Shown here: piece by piece, positions 8,530 through 17,314 of the stretch | Layout of the letters: each line of letters begins with the position of its first letter | How positions within the stretch are numbered: position 1 is the stretch's first letter | Virus record (IMG/VR): IMGVR_UViG_3300008952_003529 | DNA from: a virus | DNA length: 64,000 nucleotides | Direction: 5' to 3' (one strand) | Program-made: the position numbers and the translations under genes | Notes under the pieces: model-generated | Told to the model about the DNA's origin: nothing | What the model saw: only the letters and a program-made list of their open reading frames with translations | The model's database searches: none

Positions 8530-9011
8530 TGAGACGTGCATTTGGAAAGACGATTGTTAGGATCGCTGAAAAAGATGACAGAGTTATTTTAATATCTGGT
8601 GATGTTGAACAATGCATGGAGGAATTTCAAGAGCGCTGGCCTGAAAGGTATATTAATGCCGGGTTATGCGAGCAATCGATGATCAGTATGGCAGCGGGGA
8701 TGGCAGCAGAGGGATTGAGACCAATCGTTTATTCAATCACACCATTTTTGATTGAGCGCCCATTTGAGCAGATCAAAATTGATATCGATGAGCAGAAATT
8801 ACCTGTTATGCTTGTAGGACAAGCTGATTACCCCACCCATGGTCCAACACATCGTCCACTAAACGCTGAAGGTCTAATCGCCTTATTTAAGAATACGACT
8901 GGATACTTCCCCAAGTCTCAGCAAGAGACAGAAAAAGCAATGATTGATGCTTATTTGATGGGTGAACCAGCGATTATCTGTCTTAAGCGCGACGGTTTAC
9001 CGTTTTTCTAA
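8529..9011 (+). CDS. Transketolase, pyrimidine-binding domain only (no C-terminal domain)
   Basis: RRAFG, NAGLCEQSMISMAAGMAAEGLRP, RPFEQIK, HGPTH; ends just after the 'P.YIRL'-equivalent PAIICLK. Confidence 0.85.
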   Translation: MRRAFGKTIVRIAEKDDRVILISGDVEQCMEEFQERWPERYINAGLCEQSMISMAAGMAAEGLRPIVYSITPFLIERPFEQIKIDIDEQKLPVMLVGQADYPTHGPTHRPLNAEGLIALFKNTTGYFPKSQQETEKAMIDAYLMGEPAIICLKRDGLPFF

Positions 9012-9012
9012 G

Positions 9013-9744
9013 ATGAAAGAGGTTTTAGTTATAGGTGATAGCTGCAAAGATGTATTTGTGTATTGCAGCGCAAATAGGCTGTGCCCTGATGTTCCTGTTC
9101 CTGTTTTAAATGAGAAATATCGTACATCGAATCCTGGGATGGCTGCGAATGTGCATAGAAACATTCTGGCTTTAGGTGTTGAGTGCGATTTGCTCACCAA
9201 TCAGAATTGGGAAGATTTTTCTAAAATCAGGTATGTTCATGATGAAAGTAATCATATGTTTTTTCGAGCCGACTCTTTACCCCGCATAAAACCATTCGAT
9301 ACAAGTAAGATTTGCTATGATTACCATTTGATAATTGTATCAGATTATGATAAGGGATTTTTATCTAAATCTGATATAAGGACAATTTGTTCCCATCACG
9401 ATAACGTATTTATTGATTCAAAAAAAATTCTGGGGTCTTGGGCGCATGATGCAAGATACATCAAGATTAATCACACTGAGTATCACCGCTCAAAGGACCA
9501 TATTGATAAATTTTTAGTTGATAAGATTATTCGAACAGAGGGTCCGCGGGGATGTGTGTACCAAGATGAAATATACCCTGTTAAAAAAGCTGAAATTAAA
9601 GACGTTTCTGGCGCTGGAGACAGTTTTCTAGCGTCGTTGGTTGTGAAGTATTTAGAGAATAGTGACATAATAGAAAGCATTAAATTTGCAAACAAGTGTG
9701 CTTCTGAGGTTGTTACAAGAAGAGGAATTTCAATAATCCAGTGA
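9013..9744 (+). CDS. rfaE1: PfkB-family kinase, heptose-7-phosphate kinase (HldE N-terminal domain / HldA-like)
   Basis: VIGDSCKDVF..R.CPDVPVPV, GMAANV..N, SDYDKG, DVSGAGDSF. Start reassigned to ATG 9013. Confidence 0.85.
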   Translation: MKEVLVIGDSCKDVFVYCSANRLCPDVPVPVLNEKYRTSNPGMAANVHRNILALGVECDLLTNQNWEDFSKIRYVHDESNHMFFRADSLPRIKPFDTSKICYDYHLIIVSDYDKGFLSKSDIRTICSHHDNVFIDSKKILGSWAHDARYIKINHTEYHRSKDHIDKFLVDKIIRTEGPRGCVYQDEIYPVKKAEIKDVSGAGDSFLASLVVKYLENSDIIESIKFANKCASEVVTRRGISIIQ

Positions 9745-10550
9745 AAATATTAGTAACAGGTGCAAATGGATTTATAGGCAAAAACATGGTAGCTGCTTTG
9801 TGTCAGCATGAAGTAGTATGTCTGGATGATGATCATTTGGATAATACCCAATGGAAGAATCTCTGGTCAACACTTTTAAAAGATAACACTTTAGACGCAG
9901 TCTTTCATATCGGCGCATGCTCAGACACATTAGAGCAGAATGTCAATTTTATGATGCAACGTAATTATGAGACGACAAAGTTTCTTGTTGATTGGTGTGT
10001 TGAAAACAATATACCCATGATTTATTCTTCTTCTGCTGCAAACTACGGCGCAAATAATGATCATCCATCCAATTTGTACGGATGGAGTAAGTACGTAGCA
10101 GAAGACTATGTTGTGAGTAATTCAGGTATAGCATTACGATATTTCAACGTGTATGGCCCCGGCGAAGAGCGTAAGGGTAGGATGGCGTCTGTAGCTTATC
10201 AAATGTGTACAAGAGATCAAAGCAATCTTGAGTGTAAGTTATTTCCAGACTCTCCGCGGAGAGACTTTGTATACGTAAAAGATGTCGTCTCTGCGAATAT
10301 TCATGCTTATGAAAATTATGAAGCGCTTCAAGGTAAATATTATGATGTAGGAAGTGGCCAAGCAAGGGCCTTTGAAGAAGTTCTTGACTTGCTGGAGATC
10401 AAGTATTCTTATCATTCTTCTGATGCGATCCCAGAAGGTTATCAGTTTTTTACTCGTAGCAATAAAGAGAGGTGGTTACCGGGGTGGGAGCCAAGATATC
10501 AGCTTGAGGAAGGGATATCAGATTATCGAAAAGTTTTGGAGACTAGATGA
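9741..10550 (+). CDS. hldD: ADP-L-glycero-D-manno-heptose 6-epimerase
   Basis: TGANGFIG, FHIGACSDT, MM..NY, YSSSAANYG, YGWSK, LRYFNVYGP.E..KG.MASV; these closely match HldD/RfaD motifs. Confidence 0.88.
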   Translation: MKILVTGANGFIGKNMVAALCQHEVVCLDDDHLDNTQWKNLWSTLLKDNTLDAVFHIGACSDTLEQNVNFMMQRNYETTKFLVDWCVENNIPMIYSSSAANYGANNDHPSNLYGWSKYVAEDYVVSNSGIALRYFNVYGPGEERKGRMASVAYQMCTRDQSNLECKLFPDSPRRDFVYVKDVVSANIHAYENYEALQGKYYDVGSGQARAFEEVLDLLEIKYSYHSSDAIPEGYQFFTRSNKERWLPGWEPRYQLEEGISDYRKVLETR

Positions 10551-11479
10551 AAATCCTCGTCACAGGCGGAACCGGAATGGTTGGGTCTGCTTTTAGAAAT
10601 CTAAAAACCGACCATGAATTGGTTCTATATGGGTCAGAACAATACGACTTGAGAGACGATCAGCAGGTTGATGATATGTTTTATCGCAATCAAGTTGATG
10701 CAGTTATTCATTTGGCTGCAAAAGTAGGTGGTGTGAAGGGGAATATGGATTTCATGGCAGACTTCTATTCTGATAACATTAAGATAAACACCAATGTTCT
10801 AGATTCAGCACACAGTCATGGGGTCAAAAAAGTTGTTTCATTGTTATCAACATGCGTTTATCCAGACGCCGTTTCATACCCCTTGACAGAAGAACAAGTG
10901 CACCAGGGCGAACCGCATTACAGTAATTTCGGCTATGCGTACGCAAAAAGGATGCTAGACGTACACTCCAGGGCTCTTCGTAAACAATATGGGTGTAACT
11001 TCATCTGTGCTATACCAAATAATCTATATGGCCCTCATGATAATTTTGATTTAGAGAACGGTCATGTAATTCCCGCAATAATCAGGAAAGTGTGGGAAGC
11101 AAAGCTTACTAAGACAGCCCCAGTGTTTTGGGGAGACGGATCCCCGCTACGTGAATTTACGTACGCACCCGATGTTGCCAGGATCTTACTTTACCTTTTA
11201 GAAAAGTATGATAGCTCGGTGCCCATTAATATTGGGATGACGAATGAGCAGAGTATAAGCAGTATAGTAGATCTAGTGTGTAAAGAGCTAGATGTTAGCA
11301 CCTCCATTATTTGGGATCGATCAAAGCCCGCTGGACAATTTAGGAAACCAAGCTCAAACAAGAACCTATTGAAGCTTGGATGGGAAGAAAGCGAGTATAC
11401 TTCGTTGGAGTCTGGAATAAAGCAAATGTGTGAATGGTTCTCTACAAATTATCCCAATATAAGAGGTATGAATAAATGA
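10547..11479 (+). CDS. fcl: GDP-L-fucose synthase
   Basis: [22 protein letters not shown] (catalytic Cys), [21 protein letters not shown] (catalytic His), [10 protein letters not shown]. Confidence 0.93.
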   Translation: MKILVTGGTGMVGSAFRNLKTDHELVLYGSEQYDLRDDQQVDDMFYRNQVDAVIHLAAKVGGVKGNMDFMADFYSDNIKINTNVLDSAHSHGVKKVVSLLSTCVYPDAVSYPLTEEQVHQGEPHYSNFGYAYAKRMLDVHSRALRKQYGCNFICAIPNNLYGPHDNFDLENGHVIPAIIRKVWEAKLTKTAPVFWGDGSPLREFTYAPDVARILLYLLEKYDSSVPINIGMTNEQSISSIVDLVCKELDVSTSIIWDRSKPAGQFRKPSSNKNLLKLGWEESEYTSLESGIKQMCEWFSTNYPNIRGMNK

Positions 11480-12522
11480 AAACAGCAATGATAACAGGCG
11501 TAACTGGCCAAGATGGGTCGTATCTCGCAGAGCTTTTGTTAAGCAAAGGATATAGGGTCATTGGTCTAAAAAGACGGACAAGCTTAATAACAACCGACCG
11601 TGTAAATGCGATTTATAATAATCCCAATTTTGAACTACGCTATTATTCTCTTCACGATCCTTCAACCCTATATCGCCTATTAGAAGAATATGAGCCAACT
11701 GAATTTTATAATCTTGCTGCTCAATCTCATGTGCGGGTTTCTTTCGACGTACCAATCGAGACCGTGGATACAATCGCAATGGGTACCCTTCGTGTTCTAG
11801 AAGCTATTAGACATGTCAATAAAGACATAAGAATATACCAGGCTTCCTCTTCAGAGATGTTCGGTGATAACCCTCAAGCTCCACAGGATGAGAAAACTAT
11901 TTTAATGCCGGCGTCCCCATACGCTTGTGCTAAAGTTTTTGCGCATAATCTGTGCAGAAACTATCGTGAATCCTATGATATGCATATTTCATGTGGAATA
12001 TTGTTTAATCATGAATCCCCAAGAAGAGGTGAGACGTTCGTAACACGTAAAATTACTAGGGCCGCTGCGCGTATAAAAATGGGGCTTCAAGAAAAGCTAT
12101 ATCTTGGTAACCTTGAAGCAAAGAGAGACTGGGGTTTCGCTGGAGACTTCGTAGAAGCTATGTGGCTCATGATGCAACAAGACCAACCAGACGATTATGT
12201 TATAGCTACTGGAGAAACACACTCAGTACAAGAATGGCTAGACTGTGTTTTCTGTGTAGCGTCTCTACCACAAGCCGGGAACGTTGAAATCGATCAAAGG
12301 CTTTTTCGACCTCATGAGGTACCATTGCTGTTGGGTGACCCATCAAAGGCGTTGAAGGAACTTGGGTGGAAACCAACAATAAGATTCAATGAATTAGCTA
12401 AAATGATGTATAATGCAGATAAGATTTTCGCAGAGGGTGAGCTTCGATTGCTCGGCCGAGATTTAAAGATTGAAGCGCTTATTGATGGTCGAAAAATGCC
12501 CTATCAATCTTCAAAGAAATAG
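11476..12522 (+). CDS. gmd: GDP-mannose 4,6-dehydratase
   Basis: [63 protein letters not shown]. Confidence 0.96.
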   Translation: MKTAMITGVTGQDGSYLAELLLSKGYRVIGLKRRTSLITTDRVNAIYNNPNFELRYYSLHDPSTLYRLLEEYEPTEFYNLAAQSHVRVSFDVPIETVDTIAMGTLRVLEAIRHVNKDIRIYQASSSEMFGDNPQAPQDEKTILMPASPYACAKVFAHNLCRNYRESYDMHISCGILFNHESPRRGETFVTRKITRAAARIKMGLQEKLYLGNLEAKRDWGFAGDFVEAMWLMMQQDQPDDYVIATGETHSVQEWLDCVFCVASLPQAGNVEIDQRLFRPHEVPLLLGDPSKALKELGWKPTIRFNELAKMMYNADKIFAEGELRLLGRDLKIEALIDGRKMPYQSSKK

Positions 12523-12529
12523 AGTAAAT

Positions 12530-12557
12530 CTGCATAACTTCTTTTAAAATATAAAAT
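12530..12557 (+). promoter_or_regulatory. Possible weak sigma70-like promoter upstream of the nuclease gene
   Basis: CTGCAT (12530-12535), 16 nt, TAAAAT (12552-12557) in an AT-rich gap; the -35 is poor. Confidence 0.25.
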
Positions 12558-12564
12558 AAGGAAG

Positions 12565-13443
12565 TTGTATATGCATATTAAAAACCCCGAAGAGATAGAT
12601 TTTCGTACTGGGAAGCCACACGTTTCATTTTCTGAAATACGCTGTTGGAAGGAGTGCGCTTATAGACATAAGCTTTTGTATATTGACAAGATTGGTGTCG
12701 ATGAGCCTTCTCCCTATTTATCTTATGGAACAGCTGTACATGAAGCAATTGAAGCATTCTTAAATACAGGAAACATGGACCCATCTATCGCAATTTCAAT
12801 GATAGAAAGTGAGTGGGAAAAACACGGTTTCGAATCAAAAGAATTCAACGATGCCCATGCAGCGTACAGAAAGTCTCAAGGGTGGAAGCCTAAGCCATAT
12901 CCTCCATTACATGAGTGGAAAGAATATGCCCTAACGGCGCTAACTGAACTACCACCATTTTTGAAAGAGACGTTTGGGGACTATGAGGTGGTGTCTGCCG
13001 AAGAGCAGCTATATGAATACTATCCTGAGTCGGATATCTTTTTCAAGGGCTTTATCGATGCTCTTATTAAGACTAAGCTCCGGGGAAAGGATGTCTATTA
13101 TGTTATTGACTGGAAAACCGCTGGTGATAAAGGGTGGTTTAGAAATAAAAAGCAAGATATTTTGACATGGGGCCAGATTGCTCTTTACAAGACTTTTTGG
13201 CGAAATAAGCTAGGTTTGGATACAAAACAGGTAAGATGTGGGTTTGTACTTTTAAAGCGCGGCGCTCCAGCAGAAAAAGTTTGCGAGCTTGTGAGCGTTT
13301 CAGTGGGCCCCAAGGCAGAAGAGAAATCGATGGCCATTCTACGAAGCATGATTAAAACTGTCCGCCGCGGTATTTTTCTTAAAAATCGAAATTCTTGTTT
13401 ATTTTGTGAGTTTAAAAAGACACCCAATTGTCCAGGAGGATGA
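12565..13443 (+). CDS. PD-(D/E)XK exonuclease, Cas4/RecB-like with probable 4Fe-4S staple
   Basis: HVSFSEI..W.EC, GTAVH, EEQL, GFIDAL, IDWKT, QIALY, C-terminal CLFCEFKKTPNC. Start may be ATG 12571. Confidence 0.85.
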   Translation: MYMHIKNPEEIDFRTGKPHVSFSEIRCWKECAYRHKLLYIDKIGVDEPSPYLSYGTAVHEAIEAFLNTGNMDPSIAISMIESEWEKHGFESKEFNDAHAAYRKSQGWKPKPYPPLHEWKEYALTALTELPPFLKETFGDYEVVSAEEQLYEYYPESDIFFKGFIDALIKTKLRGKDVYYVIDWKTAGDKGWFRNKKQDILTWGQIALYKTFWRNKLGLDTKQVRCGFVLLKRGAPAEKVCELVSVSVGPKAEEKSMAILRSMIKTVRRGIFLKNRNSCLFCEFKKTPNCPGG

Positions 13444-13500
13444 TTCTTAGACATATACGTTGAACTTTTATCGGTTATGATTATCTGGTGAGGTACGTAT

Positions 13501-14748
13501 ATGGAAAAATATAAAATACTAATGCTCTCGGATCATGCCCTCTCAACATCGGGTGTGGGTTGTCAATCACGATTTTTGATAAATGGGTTGGTTGAAAAGG
13601 GGTGTTGGTCAGTAAGACAGTTCGGGGCAGCATTAAAACACAACGAATATGACGTTGTGAAAATATCTGATGACTTTATTATCAAGCCAATAGATGGCTT
13701 TGGTAATCCAGATATGCTAAGAATAACTCTGGCCACTGAAAAGCCTGATGTCATTCTGCTGTTTACCGACCCAAGGTTTTTTACGTGGTTGTGGGAAATC
13801 GAGGATGAGATTCATCAGATGTGCCCCATCGCCTATTGGCATGTTTGGGATAATGATCCTCGGCCATTATTTAACGACAGTTATTACCAGGCAACAGATT
13901 TAATAAACTGTCACTCTTACCCAACCTTTAAGCAGGTAAGCTCAAAGTTTCCAGAACGTACTAATTTTATACCTCACGCCCTCCCAACTGATGTTTTCTA
14001 TGAGTTTTCCGATTCAGATAAAAAACGGTACAAAGAGCAAGTTTTAGGATACCAGAAAAGAAACGACTTTGTGGCGCTATGGATTAACAGAAATGCAAAA
14101 AGAAAGAGGCCAGCCGATGTTCTCTGGGCCTGGAAAGAATTTCTAGACGAGTCTAAAGCTGAGCATGCTACATTGATAATGCATACCCAGCCGAATGACC
14201 AAGAGGGACCAAACCTAATAGCGGTCGCGGAAAGGTTAGGAATTCAGCATTCAGTACTTTTCTCTCCAGAAAGAGTTGATTTTGAGAAGATGAATGTGCT
14301 TCATAACATTTCTGATTGCTGCATAAACATCGCATACGCAGAAGGGTTTGGACTGCCAACTTTGGAAGCTATGCAAGTTGGTAATCCGATTATCGCTGCA
14401 AAAACAGGCGGTTTAACAAGACAAGTTGTTGACCACCGCGACGGTAGTCAAAACGGTGTCGCATTAGATATAAAGTTAAGAACGCTTGTAGGATCACAAG
14501 GTGTACCGTACATATACGAGGATTACGCTGACGTAAAAGACTTGGCAAACGCTATTATGCACTTATATTCCATGGAACCAGAAGACAGGAAAAAGCTTAG
14601 CAAGAAATGTTCAGACTATGTTAAGGAGGAATTTTCGCTTCAACGTACCATCGATGATTGGCACACAACCTTGTTAGACCTCGTGGAAAATTGGAAGCGA
14701 GGTACTCGTACAACACCACGTTTTGAAATGATAGAAATAGGAGCATAG
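13501..14748 (+). CDS. Glycosyltransferase family 4 (GT-B)
   Basis: MLSDH....SGVG, NRNAKRK, AEGFGLPTLEAMQVGNPII (EX7E motif). Confidence 0.88.
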   Translation: MEKYKILMLSDHALSTSGVGCQSRFLINGLVEKGCWSVRQFGAALKHNEYDVVKISDDFIIKPIDGFGNPDMLRITLATEKPDVILLFTDPRFFTWLWEIEDEIHQMCPIAYWHVWDNDPRPLFNDSYYQATDLINCHSYPTFKQVSSKFPERTNFIPHALPTDVFYEFSDSDKKRYKEQVLGYQKRNDFVALWINRNAKRKRPADVLWAWKEFLDESKAEHATLIMHTQPNDQEGPNLIAVAERLGIQHSVLFSPERVDFEKMNVLHNISDCCINIAYAEGFGLPTLEAMQVGNPIIAAKTGGLTRQVVDHRDGSQNGVALDIKLRTLVGSQGVPYIYEDYADVKDLANAIMHLYSMEPEDRKKLSKKCSDYVKEEFSLQRTIDDWHTTLLDLVENWKRGTRTTPRFEMIEIGA

Positions 14749-14752
14749 TAAT

Positions 14753-15904
14753 ATGGAGGTTGTCATAAGAGGACCGCTTTTAAGCGTCACTGGTTACGGC
14801 GTACACACGCGCCAACTATTTTCGTGGGCTCAGTCTCGTGGTATGAACGTACATGCAAGTATTGTACCCTGGGGTATTTGTACGTACTATGTGAATCCCG
14901 AAGCACTAAATGGATTGATTGGTGAAATTATGAGTAAAACAACGCCAGTCGAAAATGCTGATCTCTCATTCCAGGTTCAGTTGCCAGATGAATGGGACCC
15001 TACACTAGCGAAAACGAATATTGGTGTCACTGCGGGTGTCGAGGCAGATATCTGTTCGCAGACATGGGTTGAGGCATGTAAGAAAATGCATAAAGTAATA
15101 GTCCCAAGCACATTTACTAAAAAAACCTTTGTTAGAAGCGGGGTCCCTGAAGACAAAATTTGGGTGATTCCAGAAGCGCATAGCGTAAAAGATGACACTT
15201 CCCTTATACTCGATGCGCAGTTAAGCGGTCTTCCAACTAGCTTTAATTTTTTAATGTTTGGGCAGTTAACAGGCCACACTCCGGAAACAGATAGAAAAAA
15301 TACGTTTTACGCGCTCCGTTGGCTTTCAGAACTGTTTAAGGACGACAAAGATGTTGGGATAATAGTAAAAACGAACCTGGGTCGGTTCACTACAAAAGAT
15401 AGAGAGCATGCCAGAATCCTTTTTGAGGGTCTAGTAAACGAAATTAGGGTAGGCGATTACCCAAGGTTTTATCTTGCTCATGGAATGCTAGACGAAACTG
15501 AGATATCAACCCTGTATAGAAACAAAACAGTGAAGGCTTTGATTGCGCCCACCAGAGGCGAGGGCTGGGGGTTACCTATTCTAGACGCTGCATGTGCTGG
15601 GTTACCAATCATTACCACTGATTACTCTGGCCATTTAGACTTTTTAGAAAGTGTAAAATTTCTATCACTAGACTATACTCTTGTTCCAGTTCCGCCTTCT
15701 AGATGCGATGGAAGAGTGTGGATCGAGGGATCGAAGTGGGCAGACGTGAAAGAGTCCTCGTTTAAGTCTCGTGTAAAGAAATTTAGGAAGGGCTCTACTT
15801 TACCCGAAGAGTGGGCTAAGTCAGCTGCCCCGAAATTACAAAAAGAATACTCACTAAATGCCGTATCAATGGAATATGACAAATTCATGGAGAAGTGCTT
15901 TTGA
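14753..15904 (+). CDS. Glycosyltransferase family 4 (GT-B)
   Basis: PLLSVTGYG, DRKN, TRGEGWGLPILDAACAGLPIITTDYSGH. Confidence 0.88.
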   Translation: MEVVIRGPLLSVTGYGVHTRQLFSWAQSRGMNVHASIVPWGICTYYVNPEALNGLIGEIMSKTTPVENADLSFQVQLPDEWDPTLAKTNIGVTAGVEADICSQTWVEACKKMHKVIVPSTFTKKTFVRSGVPEDKIWVIPEAHSVKDDTSLILDAQLSGLPTSFNFLMFGQLTGHTPETDRKNTFYALRWLSELFKDDKDVGIIVKTNLGRFTTKDREHARILFEGLVNEIRVGDYPRFYLAHGMLDETEISTLYRNKTVKALIAPTRGEGWGLPILDAACAGLPIITTDYSGHLDFLESVKFLSLDYTLVPVPPSRCDGRVWIEGSKWADVKESSFKSRVKKFRKGSTLPEEWAKSAAPKLQKEYSLNAVSMEYDKFMEKCF

Positions 15905-16233
15905 CTGGGGTAGAGATAATATTGGCATGTAGCTTATTCATTATGACCGTGATTGCAGGAATTGCGATATATTTTGCTGTAAAATTTGGTGTTTTGATTT
16001 TGAGTATTGAAGATGCTATTGAGGAGAGTCTTGATGTGTTAGATGAAAGATACATGTCTATTAGCGAGGTCATTGAGATTCCGCTATTTTCAGACAGCCC
16101 GCAGATTCGACAAGTTCATTTTGATTTGCGACGATCAAGAGAAGCCATTCTTTCAATCGCGCATATACTAGTTGACGATTTTAATAGATTAGAGGATATT
16201 GAGGATGGCGAAGACCAGAAAAAAAATACGTAG
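15895..16233 (+). CDS. Small membrane-anchored hypothetical protein
   Basis: Hydrophobic N-terminal stretch (IILACSLFIMTVIAGIAIYFAV) followed by an acidic helical region. Start may be TTG 15901. Confidence 0.65.
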   Translation: MLLTGVEIILACSLFIMTVIAGIAIYFAVKFGVLILSIEDAIEESLDVLDERYMSISEVIEIPLFSDSPQIRQVHFDLRRSREAILSIAHILVDDFNRLEDIEDGEDQKKNT

Positions 16234-16936
16234 AAATCCTGGTAAAAAAAGGAACATGTATTTTAATAAAGATACACAGGCAGCGATTGAAGAATACCAG
16301 CAAGAGGAGTGCCTCGATAAAAGAGAGGTTATTTATCGGGAAAAAATTCTACCTGCATTTGAGCAATTATCAGAGAGCTTAATCTTTGTTTATGGGTTTC
16401 ATTCCCCCTATGACAGCGTGCACGCTCTTAAGTCTGATTGCGTAACCTTTTTATACGAAACGATTTATAAGTGGGACCCCGCAAGAGGAACAAAGGCCTT
16501 CTCTTATTTTAATGTCGTCGCAAAAAATTGGCTTATTATCCGTTGTCGGAACGCGATGAAAGAGAACCGTCGTCACGTATCGATGTCAGACCTCTCAACA
16601 ATGTCTTCTAGAGATAAGCACAAAGTGGCAAACAGCAGTGTCGCTCCATCGCCGCAAGATATTTTAGAGTTGGGAGAGTTACGGGGAAATATCCTGAAGG
16701 TGATTGAAGAGATCGAAAAGCGGGTATCAAAAGATAACGAGAAAATCTGTGTAAGCGCTATACGAACTGTTTTTGAAAACATTGATAACCTTGATTTTTT
16801 GAACAAGCGTGCTATTTACGTTTACGTAAGGGAGATCTCGGGTTTGACTTCGAAGCAGTTATCAGTTGCAATGTCAAAGATACGAAAGCACTACAAGGAT
16901 ATTGTTCATGATTCCCGAATCGTGGATTTATTTTAG
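16199..16936 (+). CDS. Phage RNA polymerase sigma-factor-like protein (gp55/sigma70 region 2-like)
   Basis: ILPAFEQLSESLI (region 2.1-like), KSDCVTFLYETIYKWDPARGTKAFSYFNVVAKNWL (region 2.2-2.4 pattern 'FDP.KG..F.Y') and a C-terminal helical EISGLTSKQLS segment. Likely start ATG 16205. Confidence 0.7.
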   Translation: MRMAKTRKKIRRNPGKKRNMYFNKDTQAAIEEYQQEECLDKREVIYREKILPAFEQLSESLIFVYGFHSPYDSVHALKSDCVTFLYETIYKWDPARGTKAFSYFNVVAKNWLIIRCRNAMKENRRHVSMSDLSTMSSRDKHKVANSSVAPSPQDILELGELRGNILKVIEEIEKRVSKDNEKICVSAIRTVFENIDNLDFLNKRAIYVYVREISGLTSKQLSVAMSKIRKHYKDIVHDSRIVDLF

Positions 16937-16945
16937 GTAAGCATT

Positions 16946-17314
16946 ATGGCTGACAACATCAAAAGTACACTTCAAAACTTTGAAAAAACAAAAAAGAAAA
17001 TAGCAGACTTTGAAGAGATCCTCACCAAGATTAAGCATGCCGATGCAAAGAAACGTATATTATGGAAAGAGATATATGATAATGCATTAACCGATCGTCA
17101 AAATGCTCATATCTTGTTTGTTGAGGCATACACATGCATGACAAATTCATCTGCGGAACATGTCACCTTGGGTTCTACACTATCGAAATATTTAGAGAGG
17201 ATGGCAAAATCAAACGAGCAATTATTGAAGCTGGCTGACTTAATTTCAAAGTCAGAATCAGAGCATAATTCGATAAACGCTGATGAGCTATTTTCGAAAA
17301 TTCAGGATGAGTGA
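16946..17314 (+). CDS. Helical hypothetical protein (weak resemblance to T4 gp16-type terminase small subunit)
   Basis: Intact ORF coupled to the next gene by TGATG; amphipathic helices (GSTLSKYLERMAKSNEQLLKLADL). Confidence 0.55.
   Translation: MADNIKSTLQNFEKTKKKIADFEEILTKIKHADAKKRILWKEIYDNALTDRQNAHILFVEAYTCMTNSSAEHVTLGSTLSKYLERMAKSNEQLLKLADLISKSESEHNSINADELFSKIQDE

Noticed and set aside
1-12522. Interpreting the sugar cluster as a bacterial LPS/capsule locus next to a prophage
   Set aside because: There are no flippase, polymerase or export genes, no att site or integrase, and orientation and gene packing are continuous with the phage genes. It cannot be fully excluded without flanking sequence.
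12565-13443. CRISPR-Cas system implied by the Cas4-like gene
   Set aside because: No repeat-spacer array or other cas genes are present; solo Cas4/RecB-like nucleases are common in phages.
13460-13481. TTGAAC and TATGAT hexamers upstream of the first GT4 gene as a sigma70 promoter
   Set aside because: The spacer is only 10 nt, incompatible with sigma70 geometry.
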